DNA of 61,383 nucleotides from Chloroflexota bacterium (GTDB lineage Bacteria > Chloroflexota > Dormibacteria > CF-121): the NCBI GenBank assembly GCA_005880615.1, contig VBID01000117.1, forward strand, positions 1 to 61,383, written 5' to 3'. Below the pieces are notes generated by a model. The model did no database searches. It worked only from the letters and a program-made list of their open reading frames with translations, and was not told the origin of the DNA. Position 1 is the first letter of the stretch; each line of letters starts with the position of its first letter. Both the position numbers and the translations under genes were made by a program. Below, in pieces: positions 60,890-61,383 of this stretch.

Positions 60890-61383
60890 CTAAGACAACA
60901 AGCCGTCGACGACGGCGGCCGGCGTGGCCCGCCAGGCCGCCAGGCGGATCAGGGGTGTCACCTGCGGACCATGGAAGTCGTCGCCACCCGTGGCCAGCCA
61001 TCCGTACCGTCGGGCCACCTCGGCGAAGCGCTCCATCAGCCTGCGGCTGCCCGGTCCGTATGGATCGCTGGGGTCCTGCGGATAGGTCACCTCCAGACCG
61101 GCCACCCCAGAGGCGGCGGATGTGTCGAACGTCGCGCCCAGGTCGGGGATGTGCCGGTAGACTCCCGGATGGGCCAGCACCGGGACGCCGCCCGCCCCGC
61201 GGATCAGTTCCACTCCCTCCTCAAAAGAGAGGTCCTGGGCCCGTGGCACGTGGGCGATGCCCCCCGGCCCCATCAGGCTGTACAGGTCCTCTCGCGCGAC
61301 TTCCGGCCGGACGGCCTCGATCGCGGCGACGATGTGTGGCTTGCCGACGTTCCCACGGGCCCGACCGCGGACGTCCGCCCAGG
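60890..61383 (-). CDS. PHP domain protein (5' part outside window)
   Basis: GKPHI, GGVPVLAHP, GLEV.YP, TGGDDFHG motifs. Confidence 0.85.
   Translation of the reverse strand, partial: WADVRGRARGNVGKPHIVAAIEAVRPEVAREDLYSLMGPGGIAHVPRAQDLSFEEGVELIRGAGGVPVLAHPGVYRHIPDLGATFDTSAASGVAGLEVTYPQDPSDPYGPGSRRLMERFAEVARRYGWLATGGDDFHGPQVTPLIRLAAWRATPAAVVDGLLS

Noticed and set aside
1-61383. tRNA, rRNA, transposase, integrase or prophage genes
   Set aside because: No cloverleaf/T-loop signatures, rRNA-like segments, DDE/HUH/tyrosine-recombinase motifs or phage structural genes were recognised by eye; a covariance search was not run

Overview
High-GC bacterial chromosomal window with about 55 mostly housekeeping or accessory CDS. 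I saw no rRNA, tRNA, CRISPR array or transposase. Gene content and frequent leaderless promoters suggest a Terrabacteria lineage such as Chloroflexota/Dormibacterota (inference only). Main blocks: (1) a LacI-controlled maltodextrin/alpha-glucan operon with a GH15-GH13 fusion, MalEFG-like ABC components and a secreted GH15; (2) fbaB; (3) arsC-arsR/arsM; (4) citrate synthase, ggt and rmuC; (5) an HTH-WYL regulator divergent from a membrane-anchored SbcCD/YhaON-like pair; (6) a subtilase / membrane paralog / diguanylate cyclase operon; (7) an ApbE / ferric-reductase / Mo-oxidoreductase cluster; (8) an amidase, a LysM-CHAP protein and a PaaI-hydrolase fusion. Most notable: (a) a 177-bp non-coding MITE-like family with TWA-type flanks, strand-specific covarying stems, one nested array at 418-1206 and many 13-18-bp end remnants, often at stop codons; (b) a secreted subtilase ending in six Trp pentapeptide repeats, coupled to a stand-alone membrane domain and its GGDEF-fused paralog (candidate peptide-to-c-di-GMP signalling system); (c) an identical 18-bp palindrome 10 bp upstream of the -10 of rmuC and of an unknown gene (candidate WYL regulon); (d) a Phd/YefM-like domain fused to a LeuA allosteric domain.
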